A stretch of DNA of 64,000 bases from Euglena gracilis (Eukaryota). This document shows positions 28,201-63,407 of this stretch, piece by piece (position 1 is the stretch's first letter; each line of letters begins with the position of its first letter). The stretch covers positions 8,620,634-8,684,633 of the forward strand of contig CP154954.1 of assembly GCA_039621445.1 (NCBI GenBank), given 5' to 3'. The position numbers and the translations under genes were made by a program. Below the pieces are notes generated by a model. That model was not told where the DNA came from. It did no database searches and saw nothing but the letters and a program-made list of their open reading frames with translations.

Positions 28201-29225
28201 GCCAGAAAAGAATTCTGATAGAGGAACACAAAAATGAGGCCAAACCCACTGCACACACAGCAAGATCGCCAAACCACCCATCAAAAAAATGCGTTTTTCG
28301 GCACTTCATTTTCAGGCTGGGCACAATTCATTTCCAAGCATGCCGATTTTTTTCGCTGAGAAACTTCCAGTTGGTCCCCATTTTCTGGTGGATTATCCAT
28401 TGAATGTGCTGGAACAACAGAGTCCCAGCACATGTTTTAATTCACTTAAGGGCCTTGATTGTGGTTGATGGTTGATGGTTGCAATCCGGATACCTGTGGC
28501 TGGTGGGTGGCTGGGGTCGACCATCCCCACCTCATCCTGGCAGGGGGTGTGTATGACCCCTTATGGGATGTAACCCCCCCCCCCCAATAAGTGCACGGGT
28601 GCACGCATTTTAAGGACGTAGTTTCGGACCCCAAGGGATGCGCACTTATTAGGGCAGTTTGCACTTTTTAGGGCAAAGCCAAAAATACTGATGTTACCCC
28701 CACTCTTTTTCAATTTCCCCCCCAATTTTGTGATTTCAAGCTATGGGTCAAGTGATTATGTGTCAAATGTGTCAAATTTGGGCTTGGACGATAGAAATAT
28801 TTGGTCTGAGAAGGACAGTTCTGAGAATTGTGTGTTTTCCGACCTGAGATATGACAGTGATTTTGGGGGGTGCGCACTTTTTAGGGAGGTAGTTTCGGAC
28901 CCTTGGGGGATGCTCACTTATTAGGGCACTGTGCACAATTAGGGCACTGCGCACTTATTAGGGGGGGGGTTATATGACCAGGGGTTGCAGGAACCTGGCT
29001 GGTGGGGGGGGCGTACTGGAAAATGACCACCTAAGGGTTCCGCCTTTGTGATGTCTGTCCCATCTCTGTCATGATTTCTGATTTGTCGGGTGGCGTTCGA
29101 GCCTGCCCTGCAGCCCTGCAGCGACACAGACAGAGGAGGGGCTGACCATCTCCCGCTCTGCCTCCCAGGGCCCTTCTTCGGAGGTGTGTTGTGATGGAAG
29201 GCAGCCACTGTTGACAAGTTTCGAC
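10246..29225 (+). CDS. Probable fragmented gene(s) for an unidentified low-complexity protein; exon structure unresolved
   Basis: GC-rich exon-like islands at about 10246-10300, 11360-11475, 11800-12003, 12833-12980, 15365-15640, 20280-20540, 21130-21320, 23070-23300, 24050-24170, 25540-25640, 26650-26830 and 29090-29220. A pyrimidine tract plus CAG before 11360 and a CAG/CTG junction 12004-12832 favour the + strand. No family motif recognised. Confidence 0.3.
12160..12427. mobile_element. hAT-like MITE, CAGGCTTC family
   Basis: TIR CAGGCTTCTTTTTAAG / CTTAAACAGAAGCCTG; perfect TSD GTAGGAGC; interior resembles 30100-30388 and 32159-32352. Confidence 0.92.
13226..13647. mobile_element. hAT-like MITE with CCAGC-rich subtermini
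   Basis: TIR CAGGGCGTTG / CAACGCCCTG; perfect TSD CTGAGGAT. Confidence 0.88.
15017..15211. mobile_element. TA-flanked MITE with ACCTGTCAGG repeats
   Basis: Inverted ends (C)nGGAAACTGTCA / TGACAGTTTCCC(G)n flanked by TA; related fragments near 9490-9530, 39360-39760 and 50900-51240. Confidence 0.6.
16738..17035. repeat. (GT/GC)n compound microsatellite
   Basis: Direct inspection. Confidence 0.95.
20111..20245. mobile_element. hAT-like MITE
   Basis: Perfect 16-bp TIR CAGGGAATTTCTTAAG; flanks ACCTGGTGAC / ACCTGGTC (TSD with a small indel). Confidence 0.75.
20985..21098. mobile_element. 114-bp hAT-like MITE, CAGGGTTCGATA family
   Basis: Perfect 19-bp TIR CAGGGTTCGATATAAGGAG; perfect TSD TCCCTTGC. 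Confidence 0.92.
28571..28972. mobile_element. Probable TA-type MITE
   Basis: Inverted ends TAA(C)nAATAAGTGCAC / GCGCACTTATTA(G)nTTA; internal direct repeat at about 28618-28655 and 28889-28928. Confidence 0.55.
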
Positions 29226-29544
29226 CAGGGCGGTCGTTAAGGGACAGGAAAGTTTTTTTTTATTTCCTTAAGGACCGCCCCTCCCCCTTTTCGGCCAAAG
29301 GGCCGGCTAAGGGTCAGACTGGGACTTAAACGGGGGCAAAAATTAAACAGTCGAAAAACACAGGTTTTGATGATTTGGGTGGATGGACGATGGTCCAAGG
29401 GTGCCAGGAATCAATTTTTTTTCCTGATGTCGACCTGTTCTCGCTGAAAAACGCCAAAATTTCTTGCCCATTTTCCAGTATATTTTTCACTGAGCGTGCT
29501 GGGACAGCGGAGTTTTTTTTTTTATTTCCTTAAGGACCGCCCTG
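29226..29544. mobile_element. hAT-like MITE
   Basis: TIR CAGGGCGGTCGTTAAGG / CCTTAAGGACCGCCCTG; perfect TSD GTTTCGAC; an extra internal copy of the right end near 29257-29281. Confidence 0.9.
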
Positions 29545-29959
29545 GTTTCGACCATTTTGTTTATTTGTTGATTTGTCTTTTGCAGACTTTTTTTTAAAAC
29601 CCTTTTAATAAACCATTTTATAACCTTTTTATAAACCATTTTATAAACCAGAAATTCACCCAAATATGAATCTGCCAAAGGTTTTTCTAATTTGAATTTT
29701 CTTACTTTCTTGCCCCGAATTTCCTGTGTCATTTCCCTTCTTTTTTTTGTTTTTTTGGTATTCTGTTACCTCCCCTCCCCATGCCCAATAAACGCCTTTG
29801 CCTAATGAACAGGGGGTTTTCGGACCATCCAGATTGGCACCACATACCTTATCCACACAGAAAGAGTACCCCCATGCCCAACGAATGCCGCCTGTTCGGA
29901 CCATCTAGATTGTCTCCTGAGTGTTCCTTGGAGGGGGTGGGAGGTACGTTTTCCGGATA

Positions 29960-52171
<22,212 letters not shown>

Positions 52172-55100
52172 AAGACCCGATCTCTTACGTGCCACCCTCC
52201 CCCCCCCCACCTGCCACAGAGCCGACCGACCTGTCAGCTCTGGCAGTTTTTCCCGGTGCCCGCAATTGCCTGGGAGGGCAGTAAGCACCAAAATGGTCTC
52301 TGGGAAGTATCATGCTGAAGTGCATTTGTTTAACCCCTCCACGTTTCCAAGCCTCTCGTGTACAAGAGTCATTAACCACAACCAAGGACGGTGTGTGAAC
52401 CTCCCCTTGGCGAAGGGAGCGATCCCTCAAAAGCCTGCTTTTGCAACTGTTTTGCGGCCAAGCGTTACAAAGACAGTGTTTTTTCTTTGGTGGCATTTCC
52501 AAGGGTCGGTTTGTGATTTCAAGTTTTTTTTGGGGCTGTGCATTCCCATCTTTCGGCTTACCAGTAAACCAGCGATCCAACTGATCCTGCGGGTGTATTT
52601 GTGTATAGGGGGCATCCCAACCAGAATGTGAACATGGCCAGAAGCCCTCAGGTATCCGCCTCGAGTGCAGTTGGCAGGCTTTTTTGGGCTTTTGTGGGCG
52701 TGAAAGAAGAAAAACTTAGAACTGGATCAGGCTTCTTTTTAAGGAAGTGGAGCCCCTGGACCCCGGGGGGAGGGGTGCTATGGGCAGGCAGGGGAGGGGG
52801 TAGGGCACTTTCGACCCCCCCAGGGTGGTTGGGTTTTGAGGTGGTAGTGGTATAGCAAACCCCCTGCCGAAGGCACTGGGGCCCGAAAATGGCCATTTTT
52901 CAAGGGAAATTTGCCTTGTTTGGCAGGCACCAGGGTCCAAAACCGACCCCACCCCCGGTGGGGTGGCTGCTATGAGCAGGCACCGCACAGCACAAGGCGC
53001 ACCCCCGGGGTTGGAAAAAAGAAGCCTGGGTTAGGTACAGGCACGTTGCAGTAGTGGAGGATATTCCTCAGTATACGTCATGACGAAACCAATCGTGGGG
53101 GGAGACTTGCCCGAGCTGCACGACAGGGACAACAGTGAATACCCACCTACATTGCCCATCGTCGTTCATCATTTTGGACACCATAGCCTCCACGTTGCCA
53201 GGAACCCTCTTTCTCCACACATTCTATTAACCACCATTCTGGTGGTTGATTTTATTTGGCTTGATTCCACTTCAAGCAGTCCACTTTCCAACCTGCAGCC
53301 CCGTTCTGTCTGCCGCAGGACGCTTTTCAGCTGTCCTCAGCGCCCTGTCCCCCCGTCCTACGTCCGCCCCCGTCCCCAGCGACCACTTGGATGGTGGCTC
53401 GCACCTGATGAATACCTGCCTGCAACCTTATTGCATCGAATTTGCCTCTCTTTGATTCTGAAGAATCAACCCAAAAATGAACTCAAAAGAACATGTCATT
53501 TTTTTGCTACAAATGTATTTCAAACAGAGTTGTCAGAGAATGGTCATTGTGATTGTCTTTCCATGATTTTCATGTTTTGCTGATGATGGAAGGATGTCTG
53601 CATGATATTTGTTGCTGTTGGTTTATTTGTTGTGTGCGTTATGTGGGTCTGTGTGTGTCCCTGTCTGTGGTGTGTGTTTTGTTACCCCCCCCACAATAAT
53701 ATTCCCCCCCCAGTTATTTGGTTCGCTGAAGTCGACCCTCAGGGGGGGGATATTATTGTGGGGGGGGAATATAGATTATTATATAAATTATTATATATTT
53801 TATATATTATGTGTATATAATGTTATTTGACAAATTTTTAATTAATTCTCTGGGCGTAAAAATTTGACTGCAAAATGCATTGTATCGATGTTGAATTTTG
53901 TTTTCAAAAAAGTGCAATTTGATGTTTTCCATTTGCACAAGATTATGGTTCCAGCTCCCAGGAAGACACAGTTTTTTTCTCGTGGTGGTCCGTGAAAAAA
54001 TGGGAGAGATATCATTTGGGTGCCCGAAGTCAGGTCTTGGGGAGAGAATATTATTTGGGAGGATATTATTTGGAGGGGTTTATATGTTGTGTGTGTGTGT
54101 GTGTGTGTTGTGTTGTAGGTGTGTGCACGCACAGAACCACATAAACACACCTACACCCACACGCACACACACACGCGCGCACACACAGAATATATTTTCA
54201 TGCGCGCACACCACAACATACACGAACACATTGTCACGCACTTGTTTACTTATATGTGTACACAGGTGAATGAAAGGAATGACCACTCGACACGCTTACA
54301 CACACCATGCATTCATCCCATTTTTGGGGAACCCCAAGAAACTCACTGCATGAGATCACAGACACACAGACACCCACACATATAGTCTCTCTCTCACACT
54401 CTCGCTCACTCAGTGACCCACCACCAAACCAAATTGACCATTCATTTTTTTTGAAATCCCATCAGATCGTGTTCATTTTCTTTATAAAAAGACGATTTTT
54501 GCATACACATCTGCTCCATGCAAATGCTCTTTTTGAAATTGACCAGCACAATCATGGGGTCTTTTTGGGGCCCCCTTTGAGGGGCCATTTCATTTCCATT
54601 TCACTCGTACAAAAAAAATGTGTTTAAAAAATGAAAATAAAATAAAAATCCCAGACCCGTAAGAAGAAATTGAAACAGAAAAAAATCATTGCATGCAAAA
54701 CAAAAGATTCTAGGAGGAAATGGCAGGGGAGGTCGAGCGTGGGGGGAAGGAATGAGGGAGGGATAGAAACAAGGAAAAAAGTAGAGAGGTAAGGAAGATG
54801 AAGGTAAGCATACGAAAATGAAGGAAAGTAGTAGTAGGGAAAGGCTGAGGGGATAAAGACCGAGGTTAAAGAGGGGTAAAAGAGGAAAAGAATGAAAAGA
54901 AGGGAAGAGAGAAAAAAATAACAAATCAGAAAAGGGGAAGGGGAAGACGAAGCAAAAAAAAACAGGGGGGGGGGTAAGGGGGGGGGGATGTACGGTCGGG
55001 GTCAGCGTTGCGGCGCGTATTCCTGTCATGCTTTTCCATGGCGCCTTTCGGTGCCAGGTGGACTTGTTAAAGAAATCTATGAAAATGCTGTGGTGGGTTG

Positions 55101-55271
55101 AGGGGGGGGGGCAGGAAGCTGTCAGGTCCTCAGTATTGGCCAACAATTTTGCAAGGTGCCTTTTTTGAAGAAAAAAAACTTTTTGGCTGGCTGCAATGTC
55201 CCATCACAGCCCAGGAAAATAAACTGTTGTTGCTTTTGTTGACCATTTAAACTTTTTGAAACTGCGGCGAC

Positions 55272-58200
55272 GTGGCCGCACCCCCACCGCCCCCCTGGCC
55301 CATCCCCCCGTACTACCCCACGGCCAGCCCCTTCCCCCTCCCGCGGCCCCGCGTCCTCAGCGAACCCCCTCCGTACTTCCTCTCGCCCCCCGTCTACTAC
55401 CCCGTCAACCCGTACTACACGTTTTACTGCCCAAGCGAACCGCCGCCCTGGTTCCACCCCATCTATGTCTGACCTCCCCATCACATCTGTCAATACAGCA
55501 ACCTGGTGTGTAGGCAAACACCCCTCAAAAAGGGTTTGATCTTGCTCTCAACAACCCTGATGAGAGCCAGGAGTGGGCAAATCACAGGTTGCACTGCCCA
55601 GACCAGTGCCGAATTTCGCTGACGTTGCGGGGAAAAAGTTGGTGTTCATCACCCAGAGATGGGTAGGCAGCTCCATTTTCTTTTTCCATTCATTTGTATT
55701 TTCCCCATTCTGTCCCCTTTCTGTTTCCTTGTTTCTTGCTTCGAACCCCTGCTTCGAATTTCCCACAACTTCGCCCCACCCCCCCATACACCAAGAAATG
55801 CCACCAGAGAAATCCCTGCGGCCCCTGCCATTGCTCCTTTCCTCTTTCCTCTTCCATCCTGGCTGCCTGCATCCCAGCCTCGATGCCACGTCATATGATC
55901 TCTCACCATTGGGGTCCTCTGCCTCAAACCTCTACCCGACTGTTCTTTGTCTGTGGCTCTGACGCGACACCCCTTCTCCTCTCATTTCCTGTCCAATGGC
56001 ACCTGATTGGTGGGTGGCCAGTAAACCCCATCGCCACAGGAGAAGTCAGCCAGAGTAAGCCTCCATAACACCCCCCCACACCGGGTGGGTAACATAAAAA
56101 AAACTTGCACCATAATTTTTTCCATTTTTCCGCCAGTTCCCCCGGGACTGGCTGAAAGTGGCCACCTGGCGCCGAAGGCGCCAACAAAATTTTGGCGGTT
56201 TGGCGAAAATCCATTGGCTTCGTCTTGGTCCGAGTGCCCCGAGTGTTATCAACTGACCATAAATTGAAGGTTACCATCCGACAACCCTGAACTGGTGGGG
56301 GGGAGGTCGTACGACCATGTGCCAAAAAGCAACCCAATTTTCAAAGCCATCTACAACCCCCGACCGGGGGGGTCGTACGCACCCCCTTCCCTGCAACCCC
56401 CAACTGGGGGGGTCTTTGGTTAGGCGTGGTCGGTGGACAAAGGGGGAGAGCTTCGACCCAAGGTCCGAATAGAAGCCTGTTGGTCGAAAACCGAGGGGTG
56501 CTTCTATTTGGGGTATGTTTTCCCCCTTCCCTTGTACACAGTGTGAAAAGGGGGGTGGAGTGTTTGGATTTGGACCAATGGTCAAAATCTGAGGGAGGGG
56601 CTTCTATTGGTGAGGTGCCACTATTCGGGTGGGGGTTTTCTATTCAGGGGGTTTCCCGTTGTGGGGTGGGGTGGGGTGGTGGGGTGGGGTGGTGAGTCGA
56701 CGCCCTCCTCTCTCCACCCGACAGGACCCTCATATGTATCGCCTCGGGCGACTCCTACTGGGCACCGCCCCCCCGCCCCACCTCGTCCCTGTGTTCTTCA
56801 CGAAGAAGCTCGTGCAGAAGCCGAAGGCGCCCCCGCCTGTCGCCATCCCACCGGAGGACTTGTGCCCGTCCCACTGCTCGGTTCCCAAGTCCTGCCACAC
56901 CAACCCCTTTCCCAGTAAAAAAAAACATACCAACTCATCCCACCCTCCGCATCTGTCCACACAAGCGCATTAATGTGCAACCTAACCCACACATACGACA
57001 CCCAAATGCACATGATATTTGTGCACAAACTCCCACTGCCAATACATTCACACATGCACTCCCTTCCAAAACTCTATCGCAAACGTCGTCCAAAATCCAG
57101 CGCGCAGGAACAATCCTTCATCTCTTGGGCGGTACGACGGCATTCTAAGCTGGCCGATCTGCTACAGTCGATAGTTTTGGCGGAACCTGTGCCGCAAACT
57201 GTACGCCTCACAGGATATTAATCCCGACCCGATTCCACCGGCCACGTCATTTCCTGGGGTTCCACTGTTCCACTTCGGGTTCGGTGCGGGGAGCATGGGG
57301 ACGGCCCGGTTTAGCCAACCTGCGGGACAACCCGGGGGCCAAGAAGAAGAAGCAGCGGCTGGGGCGGGGGATCAGCTCCAGTGTGTGCCCCGCTCTGCGG
57401 AGTGCCGTGCCGGGCGTGCGGGGGGTGGGGGGTGGAGGGGCTGGGGTGGGGGGGATGGGGTATGTCGAGGGTGCCAACGGGCTGGGGGGTCGGGGGTGGG
57501 GTGCTTGCTCCGCCTTGGAGGAGAATGGGGGGCCACCACGGGCTTTCCGGCAGGTTTTGGAAGGCCCTTGCCGGCCTGCCCCCCCCCCCCAAACGATAAC
57601 GTGTGACGAGGCATGGGGCAGTGGACTTGGGGGAGGGACCGAGACCCACACGCGAAATGGGAGTTTCCAAACCCGCCGACAAAACCATCCCAGGAAGGGG
57701 GAGGAGAAAATTTCACCCAACCGATTTTTGCTGCTTTTTTTTCAGCATCCTCTTGTTTACCTGGTTTTCCGGTCTTTGCCCCCCCACCCCAGGGGGTCAA
57801 GGCGCCAGAGAACAATTTCAGTTCCACTGCTTTGCTTTTGTGGCCATTACCTTGGACCCCAAAGGTTGGTTCCCTGGTGGGCGGCTTCCAAAAAAAGAGT
57901 GCTGGTTATTGGAAGAGTGGAATGGACAGGGGTTGGTACAGGGGTTGGTTGCAGGCTTGTGCTTAGTCGGGTGCCTACCCCACGGGGGGGGTGCTAGGGG
58001 CAGGCACCCCCCAAAATCCTACCCCCCCGGGGGGGGGTAGGGTTTTGGGGGTTGCGTGCCCCTAGCAGGCACCCCCCTCCGACCCCAACACCTTCGGCGC
58101 CGGGGGCCCGGAAAAGGCCATTTTCAATGAAATGAAATTTCTGGGTCCCCCCCCCCCGGACCCCAACCTCCCCCCCAGGGGGGTGTGCCTGCTGGGGGCA

Positions 58201-58894
58201 GGCACCCCATAGCACCCCCCACCCCCCTCCCCCCCCCAGTCGGTAAGCACAAGCATGGTTGGTTGTCCGGACCCTCCCCCCCCCCGCCTTCCCCCCCCCC
58301 TCATTTGGCATTCTCATTCTCATCCCCGCCAGGCCGCGGCCGGTCCTGCGGGCGGGGGCAGCGCCACGACACCAACCACCACCCGGGGCACCAGGGCGGC
58401 CAGATGCCCCTCCACCGCCAGCTGCCGAAGGTGTGAGAGGGCTCGGGGTGGGGGGAGGCTGAGAGGTCAGCTTGCCCGGTCTTGTGCCACTGGCGCTATT
58501 GGATGCCTGAGGTGGGAGGTGTCAATGGGTTTTTTTAAAATCAATTTTGCCCTTTTTGTTGTGTGGCGCATTTTTTTAGTTACCTGATTCTGGATGATGT
58601 GTGATGATCCCTCACGGTTCTCAATGCTGGGCGACCTCTCCGTATATTTTCTGCAGTCATTAAACCGTCCCCATTGTTCTCGAATATTACCCTCTTTGTG
58701 AGAATATCTGCAAAACCTTCGAAATCGCCCTGGGACTCAAAAATCCTCAACTTTTCTCGTGACCAACACGTGGGTGAAACAACATCGAGAACACATCAAA
58801 ATGGCTTCATGGCCACAAAATGACTCCATTGATGGTGCCGTTCCGTCGAAAGAATGTCGCTGACAGCCCCCCCCTCCCTGTGTCATTATCCCAG

Positions 58895-58940
<46 letters not shown>

Positions 58941-58984
58941 ACACACACCCCCCCCCCACACACACGCACGCACACACACACCCG

Positions 58985-59047
<63 letters not shown>

Positions 59048-59048
59048 G

Positions 59049-59114
<66 letters not shown>

Positions 59115-59116
59115 AA

Positions 59117-59160
<44 letters not shown>

Positions 59161-62100
59161 CACACACGCACGCACACGCCACACGCACCGCACCCGCCCG
59201 CCCCCCGCCGCCCCCCCCCCGCCCCCCGCCCCCCGCCCGCCCGCCCGCCCGCCCACCCACCCACCCCCCACCCACCCCACCCGCCCACCCACCACCCACC
59301 CACACCCCTCCACCCCACACACACACACACACACACACGCACGCCACACCCACCGCACCCACACCACACACACACACACACACACACACATACCCACACA
59401 CCCACACACAAACAGCACGCATCACACAGGTGGCAGCCACCATGGTCAGCTTTGAGGACCTCATGGTGTGCGTCACGCTGGGGGACCTCCAGGCGGCCAT
59501 CGACACCGGCCGCCTCAGCCCGCACGTCCCCATCACGCCCAAGGTGCTGGTGGACTGCAACATCATCCGTGAGCCCCGCTGGCCCGGCGTGCGGATCACC
59601 GGTGTGGAGTGGCTGCCGCGGTTTTTGCGACTTTTGAACCTCCACACGTGGGTGAGGCCAACCCATACCATGGCTTATGACCTCGCCCACCCCAGCAGTG
59701 GGGGGGATGACTGGTTTTTTGGCTCCAGCCGTGGTGGGGATGCTTCATTTTTGTTTGGATCGTTTGTGGCGACCCTCACCGTATTTGGGGCAGGCGTTCA
59801 CCCCTGCATTTCCCCCTTCTGCTGCTTCGTGTTGCTTCGTGCCGCAGCGGAGGGCTACGACTGGTTCTCCACCAAGGTCCACGTCGAGGCCAATTGGTGC
59901 GACCCGGACGCCTGCACCGTGATCGAGGCGCACGGCGGTACCGCTCGGTCGGTGTACCGGCCAGGCAGGACCCCAAGGGAGCCCCCCCTCCTGCCCCATG
60001 CACAGATAATGGGAATGTGGAATGAATGAAAAATATGAATACGACAATAAAAATGGGAAATACATGTCATTATTCTGCGTTGATCAGTGACCTGTCAAAC
60101 AAGGCGCAAAACACAGTTGTGTTTCGGTGTTTGTGCAGTTTTGTGATTTGGTGTATCTTTTGTGCCCCATGGGTGACACCGACAACGCAAAAATCGCAAC
60201 CCACTCAAGCAAATTTCTGTCCTTGTACTTTTCTCGCGATGTTTTCCCTCTTTTTATTTTGGTGAGCTGAAGGGTTACATTTTCATCTGCTGCCTTTTCG
60301 GTCTTGTCTGCATTCAGGATAAGGACTTTTACAACCAGGCACTGTGCAGCGAAGCATTTATCTGTGTTTTTTTTTGTGCTCTTCCTCGGCAAGACCAATC
60401 TGCCGCGAGATGTGATGCATTGAAGTTTTGTCCTTGTGGTGTGGTTTTGTGGGCAATGTTGGGCAAACCTTGTGGATGTTTCCAATGTGTGGTAAGGCTG
60501 CAGAATTGGTGTGTGGTGTTTTTGGTGTGACACATGTGACAAGTGCCATGGGCCCTGGCACAGACGCAGCACGTGTGGCATGTGTGGCACGTGTGACACA
60601 TGTGACACGTGACAACGTGTGGCACATGTGACACGTATGACACATGTGGCACGTGTGGCATATGCGACGTGTGTTCCCGGGCCGCAACCTGCCCAGCGCC
60701 TGGGGCCCCGACTACACGATGCGGCCGGAGCGGTTCGCGCCGGGCCTGGAGCCCAAGCCGCAGCTGCCACCGCCGCGGCTGTGGCACCGCTACGCCGAGG
60801 AGCGCATCCGGGGGTACCTCGTGGGCCAGGGGCAGCCCGTTGCCGAGCCGCCCACAGAGGACTGCCCCACCACTCAGGGGGGACCCCTACCCCCGGCAAG
60901 GGGAGGGGGTCTGGCAGACCATCTGCCCTAAAACCCCCCAAAAATACCCTCCCCCCAAAGTCAGACCCCCCCTGACGGTGCGAAGGGCTGGGGAGGGCAA
61001 AGAGTTTTCCGGAGAATTTACCAAAAACCCCAACCAGGCTCCTGCTTAAGGGATTGCAGCACCCCCGGTGGGGGGGGCTGGACTGCAGCTAGTCCAAATT
61101 TGGCTAGTGTGATTTCTAGCAGACCCCCCCCCCGGGGGGGTCTGCTAGCAGGGCTAGCTAGTGGAAAAAAATTTTCCAGTGACCGGCGCGAAGCACCGGA
61201 AATTTTTTTTGGGACCCCCCAAAATGGCCAAAAATGCTCGTTTTTGGCCATTTTTGGGAATTTTGGAACAAAATCAGCCAAAAACCTATTAAAAACCTCA
61301 TTTCCACCTGGGCGCGCAGCGCCGGAAGAAAATTTTTTTTCCAGTTGGGGGGACCCCCGGACCCCCCCCCCCCACCCCCGGGGGGAGGGGGGGTCTAGCG
61401 AGTCCATTTTTTTTCAAGTGTCTAGCTGATTTGCTAGCCAGTACCGCTTGGGGTCCTTAAGCAAAAGCCTGACCCCAATCTCGGGCAGGAAAGTGAAGAA
61501 ATTTCAAAAATAATTGGGGATTCTGAGTTCGAAAAAATAAATGCGAAAGTGTTCGAATTTCTCATGGCACGTGGTGCCGAAGGAGTTTTTGGGAACCTGG
61601 AAAACGATGCCTTTTTGGGCTGTAAGTCAAGAAAGTCCAAGAAATAAGTCCCACCCAAAATAATACGTCATCAGTAACGAACCCGAGAATAAGACCCGAG
61701 TATTATTTTAGAGGAGAGTTTACCCTTCCTTCCATCCCTCCAAAGTTTAAAAATTTGTGGCTGCAAGTCCATCGATTCAAGGACGGTTCACCAGCCACGT
61801 AAGTGGGCTTGCCTCCTCCCCCCGGTCTTAAGAAATGTCCCAGCTTCCAACCATCCAACCCACCCACGTACCAGCAGGAACACAGTTGGTGATATTTAAT
61901 TGTCACCATATTTACCCAGTTTTACCCACCCTTGAGTTTACAGCCAACAGCCTGAGAACTGGAAAATGGGGGGCACACATTTTGGGCAAATTTGGGGGAT
62001 TGTTAAAAAATCTGTTGACACGTGGACGAAAGAGTATCAAAATGATCACAATTCCTGGCAGAAGCACTGGACATATTCTGCCTCTTTGGATTTTTTTGTC

Positions 62101-63347
62101 CTTTTCTTTGCCTGCTCCTTTTTCCATTTTTTTTTCACCACTTGATTGCCTTTTTTTCATTTTTCTGGTTAAATTTCAGATAAAAATATCGGTAAAGATT
62201 TGCAATGTTTTCTCAGCTTTACTATGTTTGAACGCCTATCCGCAAAGGGATATTCTTTTGGTGACCTGACAAAGGCCTGGCCAAGAGGAGAAGTGGTATG
62301 AGTTGGTGGACCGGGTGACGTTCAAGTGGACACCTGTCCAGGCCGAACACTTTCCATGGTTCCCATGTCGTGTGTTTCTTGGCACTTGTTTGGAGAGGAC
62401 TCCCATTTGCTAATGAACCATTTGTATTTGAATCCTGTCCAGAAGTTTCCTATGAGAGGCGTTACGTGAAATTACAGCTTTCTGTGTTGCCCTTGAATAA
62501 ATCCTCCAGTTTTTCACATTTTTCCGCCCACGGCCACCAAATTGTTTCCAGTTTCGGCCAAAGCCACCAATGCTTTCCAGCTTCGTTCTCTCCTCCTGCC
62601 CACCAATTGCTAAACCTAAGGTTTCTTGTTTTCAAGTTTCGCCCATTCAACGGAGAGGTTGGCCTGCGTGCCGAGCTTCAGGCCCAGCGCGAAAAGCTCC
62701 TGGCGGAGGAGTTCGAGCGGCGGGAGGACGAGAAGCGCCAGCGCCGGCGCAAGGAGTGGGAGCGCCGCATGCTGGCCGAGATCCGGGCGATGAGCCCAGG
62801 GCCCGCCCCTCCCCCCCCATCTATCCCTTTGCGGCCAATGTCAGGGCGTCGCTTCAGCTGGAGTGGGCTCCCTGGAGAGTTAGGAGCGGTGACAGCCTTT
62901 GGCATGCCTCGACCAGGCTTGTGCTTAGTCGGGTGCCTACCCCACGGGGGGGGGGTGCTAGGGGCAGGCACCCCATAGCACCCGATCCGACCCCCCTCCC
63001 CAGGGGGGGGGTAGGGTTTTGGGGGGTGCCTGCCCCTAGCAGGCACCCCCCTCCGACCCCGGCGCAGAAGGCGCCGGGGGCCCAGAAAAGGCCATTTTCA
63101 ATGAAAATTTTCTGGGTCCCCCCCGGACCCCTATCCCCCCGGGGGGGGTGTGCCTGCTAGGGGCAGGCACCCTATAGCACCCACCCCCCCCTCCCCCCCG
63201 GTTGGTAAGCACAAGCATGGCCTCGACCCTCCCTCCTGCATCGATGGGTGTTGGAGGTGAAGGGTGGCCGGATTGTGACAGGTGTTTGCAAAACGACAGA
63301 AATGGGCCAATTGTGGCTCTGTAATATTAATATTAATATAATATTAA

Positions 63348-63407
<60 letters not shown>

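Noticed and set aside
52728-53028. CAGGCTTC...GAAGCCTG element as a clean insertion
   Set aside because: TIR-like ends are present but the flanks (AACTGGAT / GGTTAGGT) do not match, so it was left out of the TSD set.
53080-53583. 167-aa ORF or first exon of uL15m
   Set aside because: Only ~53300-53420 looks coding and I could not link it to a neighbouring exon by a supported junction.
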